A DNA stretch of 64,000 nucleotides from Eledone cirrhosa (Eukaryota): assembly GCA_964016885.1 (NCBI GenBank), contig OZ024743.1:202926001-202990000 (forward strand), read 5' to 3'. Shown piece after piece: positions 28,606-42,584 of the stretch; within the stretch, counting starts at the first letter, position 1; every line of letters begins with the position of its first letter. The position numbers and the translations under genes were made by a program. Below the pieces are notes generated by a model that worked only from the letters and a program-made list of their open reading frames with translations, made no database searches and was not told where the DNA came from.

Positions 28606-28699
28606 GCCCCTTGAGAAGCTCGGCTATTTAAATACCAGGATAAATTTTCATTTAGTCCAGAATTAGCCGTCGAAACGGCTTGTGCTCAGCCGTCGAGGT
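28606..28699 (+). ncRNA. Hammerhead (U3-A8 variant) in the 3' pseudo-LTR
   Basis: GCCCC-UUGAGAA-G..CGGCUA...UAGCCG.C-GAAA-CGGCU UGUGCUC AGCCG-UC^GAGGU; 6-bp stem III; one mismatch in stem I. Confidence 0.78.
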
Positions 28700-28791
28700 C
28701 TTACTGGTTCCTATTACCCACTCTACTACCCTAAGTATTGAATACTTTGGTGCGTTATGGTCCACCTGGTTCCTTACCACATTTCCTTCGT

Positions 28792-28826
<35 letters not shown>

Positions 28827-28840
28827 TATATGTATGTATA

Positions 28841-29216
28841 TAACAGGTGAACAGAAATAACAACACAATCTTTACAGTATATGGAAAGTATAAATTAAGT
28901 TAACGCTTGATATAGCAGGAAGAGGGCCTTAACCTTTCGGACGCTAGTCCTTCATCAGAAGAAAGAATGAGAAATAAGACAGATTAAGGAGACGAGTGGG
29001 ATGGAATTAGAAAAAAATGTCTTTAGATAAAAATAACAGGTCCATTGATCTTGACATCTCTTTCAAAAATGTTGGTGCTGGCGTTTTGTATATGATTTGT
29101 CTTTTAGAAAAGTGGATGATGGAGCGGGTCATCCTGAAATGGAAAAAAAAAAACCTTTAGTAAAAGAGCTATACTTGAGCACGTGCGTAAGCATGTGTTT
29201 GTGTATGTGTGTGTGC

Positions 29217-29254
<38 letters not shown>

Positions 29255-29266
29255 GTGTGTGTGTGT

Positions 29267-29360
<94 letters not shown>

Positions 29361-30535
29361 ATAGGTCCGTACGAAACTAAGAAGTAATGTTTGTGTATAT
29401 GTGAGTAAAAGAGTGTGTGTGCATGCAAGTATGAAGCTATGAGAAAAAGTATGTTAATATAACGCTGTGTATCGGCATGTATTAGTTGTAAGAGAAGCTT
29501 CTAATGATCAATAGAAAGCGATAGGAATCTAGGGGTGTGATAATGGACGGGGTATTAGAGAAATTGTCGAGGTGAGTTGAGTCCAAGAGGGGTTAGGACC
29601 CATGGCGGTGAATCAAACTTTATACAGTCCTGGTGTGCGAGGCCTGTTATCCATGATGTAAAAGAACACCCAGGACTGATACATGTAGGGAAGAATGACC
29701 AGGAGAACAGAAATGACGGGCGACAGAATTATCCAAACCGAGTCTGATGTCCCTCAAATGTTCGATAAAACGGTCCGCCATACAGCGTCCCGTTTGTCCG
29801 ATATATAAAGACCCACAGAGGGAACACCGGAGGGCATAGAGAACGTCGGTGGATATGCAGGTGAAGAAATGGCGGATACAGAAAGACCCGTTAGTGCAAC
29901 GGGAACAAGGATGAGAGCCGGGTGGAGTCGTGGGAGGGGACGAAAAGCAACTGCGAACAAGGAGGTCGTGCAGGTTTCGGGCGCGCTTAAAAGCAGTAAT
30001 GGGTGGATTTGGAAAAAAACGAGAAGTGACGGGTCAGAAGAGAGGATACGGAAGGAACGGAGAATATGTCACCGGTGTGGTAGGGTGATGAGGTGGTAGG
30101 TGAGAGGGAAAAGAACACGGGTGTTGGGAGGGTGGGAATGAGGTGAGAGGGCCGTGGTGCGGTCTGTTTCACAGGCGTGGGGGGAGAGTAGCTTGGATCA
30201 AGGTGGGGGGTGGATATCCACGCTGTTTGAAGCAGGAAGCCATGAGAAGCTAATGGGTTTCGAAATCGTCGTCCCGGCTACATAGTAGACGAAGACGGAG
30301 GAATTGGGAATAGGGTAAGGAGTGTTTGGTGTGGTTTGGATGGGAGGAGGTTATGTCGCGATAAGATTGGGAGACTGTTGGTTTAATAAAGATGGAAGTA
30401 GAGAGGATGTGGTGAGAGTGATTAATAGATAGAGAGATATCTAGAAAAGCGACAGAAGAATCGGAGACGGAGGCGTTGAAATTGAGAGCAGGATGGAAAG
30501 ATTGGACAAAAGAAAGAGAACAGTTGAGCTGTCTC
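28841..30535 (-). mobile_element. 5'-truncated Penelope-like element of a second clade (Neptune-like), degraded, interrupted by (TG)n at ~29200-29355
   Basis: RT thumb FLDISL...SSHPNHTKHSLPYSQFLRLRLLCS (30250-30537); hand-translated GIY-YIG FTCISTDVLYALRCSLCGSLYIGQTGR...DRFIEHLRDIR (~29700-29885); HHR at 28928-28961. Confidence 0.88.
28928..28961 (-). ncRNA. Minimal PLE-type hammerhead
   Basis: CUU-CUGAUGA-A-GGAC UAGC GUCC-GAAA-GG-UU^AAG; stem III nearly absent. Confidence 0.7.
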
Positions 30536-30549
30536 ATATATATATATAT

Positions 30550-30755
<206 letters not shown>

Positions 30756-31188
30756 ATACATTTGTGTGTTTTGTTATTTATTCCAAGAAAGCGAAATAGA
30801 TGACGGAAAATAAAGAGAAACATTATAAGACAGATGAGTCACTCCTACACAAAATATGCCTTGCATCTTATATACGTTGTCCTGCGCATAAATATTCATT
30901 TTTTAATAATGTTGCGAAACTAATGCACGTCATTCAACATTGACAAACAATTCATATACGGCCCACATTGTGTTTGACACATATAGTGACTGGTATATAT
31001 TGCATCTGAGAGAGAAAGCATAAGGGTGGCCGTTTTCAGATAAACGGGTAAAGGATCTGAGATTTTCTTAAAGAAAGTCTTTTATATTTTTTATATTTGT
31101 TCATAGGGAATAACTGAAAGTGTGTTTACACTTCTGTGTGTATAGTTGCTCATATAGTTGTTTATATTGTTATTGTTGTTATTTTTGA

Positions 31189-31224
<36 letters not shown>

Positions 31225-31225
31225 C

Positions 31226-31260
<35 letters not shown>

Positions 31261-31261
31261 C

Positions 31262-31294
<33 letters not shown>
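31189..31294. repeat. (TAG)n microsatellite
   Basis: Direct inspection. Confidence 0.95.
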
Positions 31295-31362
31295 TATTGG
31301 TGTTGTAGTTGTAGTCATTTTGGATTCGCTTTAGAATAGCTCTGATTTAGCAGATCTTTCCT

Positions 31363-31576
31363 GGTTTCTGACGTAGGGACAAGGCCAACAGTTTTCGGGA
31401 GGAGAATATCGATTATATCGACTGCAATGCGTACTGGTACTTTATTTTATTGGCCCCGTAAGGATGAAATGCAGAGCGAACTTCAGCGGGATTTGAACTC
31501 AGACCGTAAAAGGCGATGACTCCATGCTTCAAAGCTTGGTGTCCGACGATCTACCGATACTGCCAATCCACCGCCC
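31363..31576 (-). mobile_element. tRNA-derived Nin/Deu-core SINE (diverged)
   Basis: actggtactttattttattggccccgtaaggatgaaa...gggatttgaactcag...actgccaatccaccgccc. Confidence 0.85.
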
Positions 31577-34500
31577 TAAATCTACGTATAAATGAAAGAT
31601 CTTCATGTTGCTGTCACCTCATCCCTTTTTTTAGACTGTACTCATCCTGAACCATATTGTTGTGTGGCATTTACCAACTAAGAGGAAAAGTAATTTGGCT
31701 TACAAAGCTGGCTTTTTGTGCCGATGGATCAAGTTTCAAATTTGTTGGATCTCTGTGTATTCCAATCACCTGTACTGAAGTTGTTCAAACATCGGATCAG
31801 CCTACTCGTGAATTTAATGTTCAAGCCACTGGTCATTTCACAAACATGAGTATTCTTAAGACAATTCCCAAGGCGGTTCAGTGTGATGTAGTTTGTGGCG
31901 TGCCTTGGTACTGTAAATTATAGGTACAATAAACTCAGCGAACCACCGGGTATCCAAATTATGCCCATATGATTGTGAGCCGAACATCCTAACAATTAAG
32001 ACACGTGCTTTCGCAAGTGGTATTAAAGAACTATCAGAATTAAATACATCTTCCACCTGTTTAAACGTGGAATTTGAGGCTGACAGATTGCACACTCTGA
32101 TAAGGAGGATACATTCCTGCCAATATCAATTCTAGGGAGGTTCCTCAAACACTGAAAAACCAAAATAACAACGGAGTAGCAAAAGTTGATGAATTCAGAA
32201 GAGAATAAGCCATGACAAGTGAATGTACATTAATTTACATTATATATAATAAAATTATCGACAATAATCGTTATACTTGCTGTTTGATTCCAGTACAGCC
32301 CTCATTAAGCATGCACTTGTTACAGAGCATCCCAGTTATGACTACCTCATCCTATCGTTTCGAATATATTTAATCGAATATTATATTACTCTATGTTTTC
32401 TTCAACTTATAAAGACGGTAGTTTGTGAAATGAAGGACATTCGGTTACTATTTCTATCAGATCAGACGACTGCCTTTTGACTAGCTATGCTACATAATAC
32501 TGCTAATTGTTTATGCTAGCCAGTCTTCAAAATTGATATATAAGGATAAAATGTTGCGTAATGTTATTGTGTAGTCAATGCTTGAAAGAGAGTGAATGAG
32601 ATAGAAGGAAGGAATAAGAGAGTGTGAGTGAATGAGAGATAATGAATGATAAATAGTGAATGAGTGAGAGTGAGTGTGTAGATAAAGAAACCTGAATTGT
32701 AACGAACCCTATCAAAGTATTTGCCCATTCAAAGAAAGTATAAATGTAAAATAATTCTTAGGTGTTTCTATGGCGAATTCAAAATATTGAATAAACCATT
32801 TTCGTCCAGGGACATCAAAACTACAAACATCCTAGATTAATCAGTACATACAAAACAAGATCATGTTTTCTCCATATGTACACAGATCAAAAGAAGCCAG
32901 GTTCTACAATAAACAAACGAGGATTGGAATAACAAGAAATGTAAGCTTAATACCAAACAATGGAACCTTTACTAGAACCAAATAGCAAACTATGAAAAGC
33001 AGTACATCAAAAGCTCTAAATGGTTTGCAGAAACGGGTTCAGTATATTGTATATAATGGTAATAAATAATCAAATAAAGTTTGTATTAAGAGAATACCAA
33101 ATATAAATCCACTGGTCTAAATATCAAACAGAAATATCTTCCGGGTATTAATGGATTAGGAGATTATTGTTCCGAGGAAAGATTGACCTCTAACCAGCAG
33201 TGTATATCGTATAGAATATAAACCGTATTGCTGCGAAAATGTAAGAATGCTTTACGTTTGAAAGTCATAACGTCGGCAGTGTAACTCATAATTTCCGTCT
33301 AATATGTTTCTACCATTGATGTGAAACATGCTTGCTCACATGAAGCATTACTCATGACATTATGCATATGTGAGTATTCCATAATCTTAATGTAGTGTAA
33401 CCATGTATAAGTATTGAATGTGTCAGTTGTTGTTTTTTTACTTATTTAACTTCATTTCATACAAAGAGGAAGTTGGTTTCTAACAAAGAAATAAAATTCC
33501 ATTGATGAAATTTATAAAAAGAGGGTGAACTGTTACATATTAAATGCTATAAACATCGTGTAGGTTTATATATTTATGCATGTGTATTTACATCTGTATG
33601 AATATATGTATGCAAGCACGTTTTTATATATGTATATTTGTAACTTTATGTGTATGTATGAATATATGTATGTATATATGTATATTTATGCATGTGTATT
33701 TGTGTGTATGTTTGTTCTGTTAGTGTAGATATGTGTGTTCATTTATAGATACCTATGTGTGCGCATTTAGGTGCATATATACGTGAGTGTGTGTATGTGT
33801 ATATATCAAATACAATCTGTGTAGTTAGCGTTTTGGAACAAGTCGGCGGAGATAAACATACAATGAAAGGATTCCAACCATAATATTTCCGGTCGTTTGT
33901 GATATAGAATACCTTGATCTGCATTCTCCAATATTCTTTTCCTTAAAAAAAACATAGAGTGCGATGTATGTGAATTTAGGCTGTTATCCCTAACAAGTTG
34001 AGGAAAAACATAACTACCCCATAGTTGGCTCAACAAATACTTATGTATATAGATATCAGGGAAAACAAATAACCTTGTATGGCTCCCAGGCACTCACAGC
34101 TTCCGACTTCCAAAACGTCCCCGCAAGGCATTGGTCTAACCCAAAGTTGTAGTAGAAAATACTTGCCCGAGTTACGATTTCCATGGAATCAGAGACGAAA
34201 TCACGTGTTTAATTAGCGAACTGTTATATGTACTTCTGTATGTATGTATGTGTGTGCGTGTGCGTCTATATGTGTCTGAGTGTGAGTCTATGTATGTGTA
34301 TAGTGTATGTAGCAGAAATGTTACTGATTACTGGAGACAATGACTAACGATGAAATGCACGCACACAAACACAAATTTTATATGTATATATATATAAAAC
34401 TAATGTTGTCTGTGTGTGTGTGTATGTATGTGTATGTGTGTATGTGTGTGTGTGTGTGTCCTCATTTTGCAAAGTCTATACAAATCCACATTTCTACTCC

Positions 34501-34884
34501 GATTGACTTGGAACTTGCATTTATATATTCCTTGTGGTCGAAAGATATTAACTGCAGCTTTTATTTTTAAATGTTATGTTGTTAAAGGGGTGTTAGGCGC
34601 CGGTTATCCATCGCCGTCACGCTCTTATAATATCTGTCTGTATGCCTGGCTGTCTGCATTACGACATTCTGACGAACATTAATGACGTATTATGTTCGCT
34701 ATTATCCGTTCATTGAAAGGTTTCGTCTTCACGAACCAGAGTACCGTCTTACTGTTTTCCTTCAGTTGCAACGTTTTTCGAAATATTTACATCTGCGTTC
34801 ACAGATTGCTGTTTTTAATTTCAGAAGATCCCGTTAAGGGTGAAAGCAACAATTCTTTGCTTAAACTTTAATCTGTTATTTTAA

Positions 34885-34948
34885 TCTATATATGTATATA
34901 TATAAAACTGAGGAAGGATGTATGTATCTATGTATGTGTCTATGTGTG

Positions 34949-35037
<89 letters not shown>

Positions 35038-35529
35038 TCCGAGAAGTACCCAACCGATCTATTTCAAACTTTACACGTGTTTTACTTATATGTCAGGGAG
35101 TGTTATGCACATAAAAAATTCAACTTTTTGATCCCCTGGGCCCGCTTTAGGTAAAAAACTGCGTTTTTCCCAGCTTTTTATGAGTTTTTGAGGCGTTACG
35201 TCAGAGCGATTTTCTTGAAATTGTAACTATGTATTAGTTAGTCTCTTCTCTTCATACCGCGAGGAAAGAAAATCCAGCTTTTTTATGGCCTAGAACTTCC
35301 ATTAGGTGAAAAACTTCATTTTTTCAGCATTTTAGGGCGTTTTAAAGGCGTTACGTCTAGCCGATTGTCCCTGCTTCATCAAGGAAAATCTTAGATTATC
35401 CAGCCATCAGAGTATTCGGTTTATTTTCTTTACCTATTGTCCAGGCATGCAGTTTTTCCAGGATTAGGTCAGTTGGCGGCTTGCGTTCCAAAATATCTTA
35501 TCCCGTGCAACGCCGGGTGCCATGGATAG
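34885..35529 (+). mobile_element. Non-autonomous Helitron-like element
   Basis: Starts A|TC-tatata, has an internal (TG)n and aaccgat motif, and a 3' hairpin CCCG-tgcaacgc-CGGG ~8 nt before ATAG|T (CTRR-like end). Confidence 0.65.
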
Positions 35530-35541
35530 TATATATATATA

Positions 35542-35584
<43 letters not shown>

Positions 35585-35612
35585 CGTTCCCAACATGACC
35601 CTGCCAAAGTAT

Positions 35613-35785
<173 letters not shown>

Positions 35786-35789
35786 TGAG

Positions 35790-35836
35790 ATTCTACAGGA
35801 CTAGAACTGTTTCATTCTTTAGAAAACATCAGGAAT
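35790..35836 (-). ncRNA. Hammerhead, family of 20318-20370 (A9 changed to U)
   Basis: AUUC-CUGAUGU-UUUCUAAAGAAU-GAAA-CAG UUCUAGUC CUG-UA^GAAU; stem I covaries with CUUC/GAAG. Confidence 0.65.
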
Positions 35837-36280
35837 ATGCCTAGCCAAAAATAAATGTTGTTATATTTATATCTTTTCAGGTGGTAGGAGAGGGTGAGAA
35901 GTGGGATGGGTGGTAGTCATTGGTTGAAATAAAAGGGAATTCATTAAAAGCTAATTCTTTAAGGCTATAATTTATATTTAGAGTGACAAATTTAGAGTGA
36001 GAAATTCTATAAACAAGTTCAGAATGGGGTTCGACTCTTAATGTTTAAGTTTCTCTTAAGCTAACAATGCCTATATTTCAGGTGTCTATAAGATGGTGGG
36101 GGGTCGGTCATGGTTGATGGATTTAAAGAAAAGGGAGATTCTTTAAAAGTTAATTCTTTAAATCTCCACTTAGTGTGAGAAAGCCAAGAGAATTCTATAA
36201 ACCAGTTCAAAATATTGGGTGTCTATCATATCATTATTGTCATATTTCTCTTAAGCTATATTCCAGGTGTCAACAGACAC

Positions 36281-36415
<135 letters not shown>

Positions 36416-37066
36416 CATACATGCATATAAACATACACATATATAAACATATACAAACACATCTACAGAAATACACATATATACACATATACAAAATACA
36501 TAAACACATACACTAATATATATCTATATCTATATATATATATATATATGGTGGCTGCCAACTCGTTTTCGAGTACGGCCACTACTTTATATCCATGTAG
36601 GAGAACCCTAACGATGCGCTGAACGAGTGTGACTTTTTAGTCCAGCCAGTGACTTGAACACTCTGGTACAAACACTACACTTGTGACAATTATTGACACA
36701 TAGTGCTGGAACCATGTTACCATGTGACGACAAGTGCAGAGTGATCTCTAGATATAAAGCAATGCCTGTGCCGTGAAGCTTTTATAGTGAGCAAAGGCAC
36801 TGCACAAAGCCAGTCCCACTCTCTTAACCAATATGATATTTACCAAAAAGAAGAACAAGTCAACATCAATGGATACCATCAGAGTTGCAGGTGTTATATC
36901 AGAGTTTTCCTTCTAGAATTCTGCCTTGACAAAGGCTAAGTGGTCATCTCTGCCATATATATATATACACACATATATACATACATATATATACACACAC
37001 ATATATATATATACACACATATATACATACATATACACACACATATATATACACACATATATATAT

Positions 37067-37137
<71 letters not shown>

Positions 37138-37152
37138 CATACACATATATAC

Positions 37153-37188
<36 letters not shown>

Positions 37189-37233
37189 ATACACACATAC
37201 ACACACATATATACATATATATACATATAAAAA

Positions 37234-37827
37234 CACACACTTTGTACATAAAATAAATATCATTGTTGATAAAACGCTTGTTGAGTTGTGATAATTATTT
37301 TTTGTTTTTATCTAACTATGTTTGCAAGGCAGGTCAGAAGGAGATACAATTTACCAATTAATTTATACAGAAGAATTTAAAAAGTTGTTCTTAGTCGGGG
37401 TCACCAATAAAGAAAAACGATATATCGTCCAGGTGTGTGAACGACATCTCATCTTTCTAACATAGGTTAATTATAAGAGAAGGGCTTTAACGATAAAAAG
37501 ACTAATCTTTTTATTAAATGATACATTTAATAAAACACAACATAATTATTAAATTTACAGGACATACTTTGCAAGCTAAACGGCAATGGCTTAATTCTTA
37601 CATTACAAGAAGAGATATGAAAAGGATATGTGTCGAGATAGAATATGAGACATCACGAAATCTCTTGGTCAAAAAAAGGCGTTTCCACAAAGTACGTCAG
37701 TTTTACATTGGCGTCTCTTCTTTTTTTAGAGCGCCGAGATAAGGGTATTAATTCGCTATTTTTGTGTTACCCACAGGTGGCGACACTGCGTTGCTATAGT
37801 CAACACACTGTCGCCATAGTTACTACA
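37234..37827 (-). repeat. 3' LTR
   Basis: Direct repeat of 42585-43171; begins TGTAGT on the minus strand after purine-rich ggtcggaggtgat. Confidence 0.92.
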
Positions 37828-38276
37828 ATCACCTCCGACCAGATTTTTAATAAAAATCGTAAAACAAACGATAGCATGGAGGAACCAGGAGTTGTAAATT
37901 GGTGCAAGAAAAATTCCTGTAGTATATAACAATGAAGCCAAAGCCTTACAAGGTACTCTTTACAAGTTGTTGAAACCGGTTTCAAAACGAACAATATAGA
38001 GGTGAAATAGGTTAATGCATGCAACCATTACACAAAAAATATACAACAAATGCAATAATTATACACATGCAGCAATAAATGCAAAATGCATTAAAAATAC
38101 GATAGGCATTGAAAATGCCATAGGCAGTAAGGTTACAAAATTCAATGAAAAATTATAATATGCCTAAAAAATACCATAGGCAGTCAGGGTACAAAATGCA
38201 ACAACAAATTCAATATACAGTAAAAATAACTGCAAGAAAAAAGAATACAATTCAGAAGTTTATAGTACTGCATAGG

Positions 38277-39400
38277 TTACGGGGCCAATGCACCCTTCCA
38301 CCTGAACGGGTCATATTTCTGTATGTTGGTGGTGGTGGTGGTGGTGTGGGGGGGGGGGGGGGGGGGCGAAGAAACAAGTGTATGTGGCGAAGAAAAAGAA
38401 GGGGGCATTTGTGGTTCAAGTGTCACTGTGTCAGTGTCCAGATTGGCTCGTTTGAGGCGATCAACCGAAATAGTTTCCCTGGACCCCCTAATGTCCACTG
38501 TGAAATGTTTCTCTGTACAAGCAAGCACACGATAGGGTCCAGAGTACGGCCGTGTGAGAGGGGTTCTCACAGCGTCGTCTCTAACGAACACATGTGTCCA
38601 CAAGGCAATATCCCTTGGGACGGCAGTTTTTAAAGTTTGCTTCCTAGTGTCCAACGGTGGTAAATCCTGGAAGTAAGAATGAAGCCGGGACACGTAGGAA
38701 GCCGGATCCTGCGAAGCAAGATCAACAGGAGCAAGCATTTGTCCTGGTAACGCAAGAGGAGTACCATAAATCAATTCGGCCGGGGAGAACCCAAGGTCCA
38801 CCTTTATTGTCGACCGAATACCTAACAACACAATAGGTAGGTACTCACTCCAACGTGAAGAGTCCATTGAAGCCCTTAAAGAGGCTTTAAGCTGTCTGTG
38901 AAATATTTCCACCATTCCGTTTGATGCTGGATGATATGCCGTGGTTCTTATGTGAGTGGCGCCAATAATTTGTGTTAATTCACAGAAGAGGTTCGATTCA
39001 AATTGACGACCGCGGTCTGTTGTTATTGTGGTTGGTACTCCAAAACAAGCGATCCATGCAGATACGAGAGTACGCGCTGTCGTTTCAGCAGTGATGTCTG
39101 TCAGAGGGATGGCTTCAGGCCAACGCGAAAAACGGTCAACGATCGTCAAAATATACGAATAACCACGACTAATCGGCCAGAGGCCGACGATGTCCACATG
39201 AATGTGACGAAATCTGGCATCAGGACAGGTGAAAGTTCCGAGAGGAGTTTTAACGTGCTTATGAACTTTTGACTTTTGGCAAGCGACACAGGAACGGCAC
39301 CAAGCAGCAATGTCACGTCTCATATCAGGCCAGAAAAATCTGGCTGTTATGAGTTTTACCTAGGCTGTAGCTCCTGGGTGAGAAATGCCATGAAAGCGAG
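38277..39400 (-). pseudogene. pol: Integrase domain (zinc finger CxxC, DDE core, GPY/F motif)
   Basis: [42 protein letters not shown]. Confidence 0.93.
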
Positions 39401-40905
39401 AAATACAGTTCGTCGATGACCAACTGGGACGAGAGGTCGTGGTGAGTCCAACGAGATATCACAAAGTATCTGTCCGTCAGCGGTTGATAAAGGAAGGTAT
39501 TTCATATTGCAGTTAATGAACTCCGGCGATGTGCAATCCAATGATTCAAGCGAGGGTTGGTCAATGGCCATTTGACGCAAATCTATATCGTTAGACGATG
39601 AGATCGAAGCTATCGGTAGGCGAGACAAGACGTCTGCCGCAGTGTTCAAAGCACCCGGAATATGTTGAATATCATTGGTGTATTGGGAAACAAAATCCAG
39701 ACGTCTAGTTTCCCTAGGCGAATATTTGTCAGATTTTGATCTTAAAGCGAAAATCAACGGTTTGTGATCTGTGAAAATAGTGAACGCTCTCCCGTCCAGA
39801 ACATGGGAGAAATGTTTCACAGATAAATAAATTGCTAAAAGCTCACGCCCGAAAGTACTATAACGATTTTCGGCAGGCTTTAACTTTCTCGAAAAAACTT
39901 CCAGTGGTTGTTGTAAACCATCACACTTCTGTTGCAAGACTGCGCCCACGGCGGTATCCGACGCATCAACACAGAGCGATAGCTCGGCGTTGGGTACTGG
40001 GTGGGCGAGCAAAGACGCGCTCGCTAACGCCTTTTTCACTTTTTTAAAATCCTCAAGCTGCGTTTTATTTAAGGAAACGTCCATATTCTTACGCCGGCAA
40101 TTTTTCAAAATTTCTGTCAACGAGAACAGCAAGCTGGAACAATTAGGTACGAATCGCCTATAAAAATTTACAAGGCCTAAGAATTGACGTAATTGTCGCA
40201 GTGAACTTGGCGGAGGCAAATCCGATATTGCCTTAACCTTCTCGGGAAGAGATCGAATACCATCGGTGTCAATCAGATGGCCTAAAAATGTTAGTGAGGT
40301 CGAGCAGAAAACACACTTGGAAGCATTAATAAGAACATTATATCTCTGTAAACGACGAAATAAGAGATCCAGATGCTTTGAATGCTGCTCAGGAGAACTA
40401 GCAATCAACACATCATCGATATACATGTACACAAAATCCAGGCCCGAGTAACATCATCCATAAATCGTTGGAAGGTACTAGCCGCATTTCTTAGCCCGAA
40501 AGGCATAGTAAGGAACTCGAAGGATCCAAAAGGAGTGGCAATAGCAGTCTTCGGAATATCCTCCTTTTTAACCGGAATCTGATTATAAGCACGAATCAAA
40601 TCGTGCTTAGAAAAAATTGTGCAACCTTGTAATGAAGAAGTGAAATCCTGCAAATACGGGATTGGATAACGGTCAGGCACAGTAATCGCGTTTAAGCGTC
40701 GGTAGTCACCCGTCGGTCTCCAATCACCAGAAGATTTAAGTACCATATGTAGAAGCGATGCCCAAAGACTTGTGGAACGCCGAATTATTCCTAACTCCAG
40801 CATGTGGTCGAATCCAGACCGTGCAGCCTTCAACTTCTCTGCAGATAACCTTTGAGGACGTGAGACAACAGGTGGTCCTGTAGTGGATATAAAGTGTTCA
40901 ATCAC
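39356..40905 (-). pseudogene. pol: Reverse transcriptase and RNase H domains, frameshifted near 40430
   Basis: [40 protein letters not shown]. Confidence 0.95.
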
Positions 40906-40940
40906 ATGATCCGGACTAGCAATTCATAATCTTCCTTGCG

Positions 40941-41429
40941 TCAGTGTGGGAATGATTTTAACAAACTGTGATACTGGTTGCCCACGTCAGCCAAGAAAAA
41001 AGCAGGGCTTACTGTGGCGATCTCCGGCTTTGTACCCTCGAACGATAGGCCTGTATTAGCATCAAAAAGTAGTTGTCTGCGGATGTCAATCGACAAGGAA
41101 AAATGGTGGAGGAAATCCGCTCCCAAGATAGCATATGGTAAGTCGGCGATAGTAAATTTCCACCTAAAATCATGGCGAAGATTTGTAAACTTAAGAGGAA
41201 GCGAAATTTGTCCATAAGTTCGAATCGCCGTACGGTTAACTGCTTGCAAAGTGATAGTGGCCTCAGGTGGAGTATTATCAAGATAACTAACTGGCCAAAT
41301 ACTTAGTGTCGCGCCAGTGTCGATAATAAAAAGTTTTTTTGACTGCAGGTCGTACACAAATAGATGACGGTTTGGTCGAGTTTCCCAGAGTTCACTAGCC
41401 GCCCCTAGTGGCTCTGATTGGCGTTTTCC
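40941..41429 (-). pseudogene. pol: Aspartic protease domain
   Basis: FIIDTGA and ILGADFL; the frame stays open upstream to the GGAAAAC heptamer overlapping the gag end. Confidence 0.9.
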
Positions 41430-42199
41430 GAACTCCTATAGTTACAAGGCGCCCGACAGCGCTGCGCCCGTTTACCAAAGTTTGCATGATACCAACAAAG
41501 TTGAGGATTACTACTACCTGTAGTGTAGTGGCGGCGAGGAACAGCAGACGGGGGCGAATGATACCTCAGACGTTGGGATGGCTCTCTGTTTTTGACAGTC
41601 AAAACATCCACTTTCCTGGTCAGCGCTTCGATTGCTTCCAGCAGTTTTTCCTCGGCTAAAGACGATTTGTGCAGGGGAACGGAAGAAGAAGCAACATAAG
41701 AATTATGTAGGCTGCTTTTTAAATCCAATTCTAGGATTTTATCGGCAGATGCAGCGATCTGATCCAAAGAATCTCTCTCCAAAGTATTTACTAGAAGCAT
41801 CTGTGCACTCGGCGGCAAACGAGAGAAAAACAACTGTTTAATGAAGGATGTATCAATTCCTTGGGAGTCGCTCAGCTCATGTAGATGCCGCAAATAGGAG
41901 GTTGGCGTTCTGTCACCCATCTGTGCATCCTCAAATAATTCCCGAAAACGGCTCTCCACAGACTTAGTATTCCTACGAAGAATTTCCAGTTTTAATAACC
42001 CATAGGCTACGTCTGCAGCTAAATTCGTTACAACATCCTTTACGGAATATGCCAAAGAAACAGGCAGGCCATTAATAAGCACCTTCAATTTATGCTGTTC
42101 TTTGGTGTGGGTCAAGTCGAAATAGCACTCGAGCTGCGAAAACCATAGTTTAATATCGCCCGCAAATATCGGAAAATGATGTGAATTCATGATGCCCAA
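41405..42199 (-). CDS. gag: Gag-like protein, 264 aa
   Basis: Open ORF with LWFSQLE, MGDRTPT and C-terminal CWYHANFGKRAQRCRAPC knuckle. Confidence 0.9.
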   Translation of the reverse strand: MGIMNSHHFPIFAGDIKLWFSQLECYFDLTHTKEQHKLKVLINGLPVSLAYSVKDVVTNLAADVAYGLLKLEILRRNTKSVESRFRELFEDAQMGDRTPTSYLRHLHELSDSQGIDTSFIKQLFFSRLPPSAQMLLVNTLERDSLDQIAASADKILELDLKSSLHNSYVASSSVPLHKSSLAEEKLLEAIEALTRKVDVLTVKNREPSQRLRYHSPPSAVPRRHYTTGSSNPQLCWYHANFGKRAQRCRAPCNYRSSENANQSH

Positions 42200-42584
42200 G
42201 GATTTGATGAATTTTTAAGGCCAAATTATTTCTTCGAAGGAGCTATGCGACCAAAAAGTGACACTGGAATCCAAAATCTTATTCACGCGAATTCAACTGA
42301 AATTCCTTTTGAAAATTCTCGCCGGCCAAAATAAAATTTGAATAATAAAAAAAATTATTTCCATGAAAATTAGTTGGTAAGAAAATCCCAAGATGGCTGA
42401 TTGAAAAATGTGTTTGTGTTGAAGAAGGCGTCATGTGCCACGATGCAGCCAAAATTTTATATCCAGAGAAATCCTTTTTTTTTTTTTAAAGAGAGAAGTT
42501 GATGCAAGAGGAAAAATATTGTTCACTCAAAGACAAGATACCAAACAACAACGGGCATGAATTCCATATATATATGTACAGCGT

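Larger units (their letters stand above)
25686..28793 (+). mobile_element. 5'-truncated Penelope-like element (Naiad-like) with inverted 5' pseudo-LTR copy and long 3' UTR
   Basis: RT motifs FDVSMGATDSAEV, GLYHDDGL, VNFLDVTLD; GIY-YIG VIYQC..YIGLT; 25686-25891 is the reverse complement of 28508-28712; flanked by (TA)n on both sides. Confidence 0.92.

Noticed and set aside
31600-32230. Complex sequence with short ORFs, possible host exon
   Set aside because: Stops in the frames I translated and no recognisable domain.
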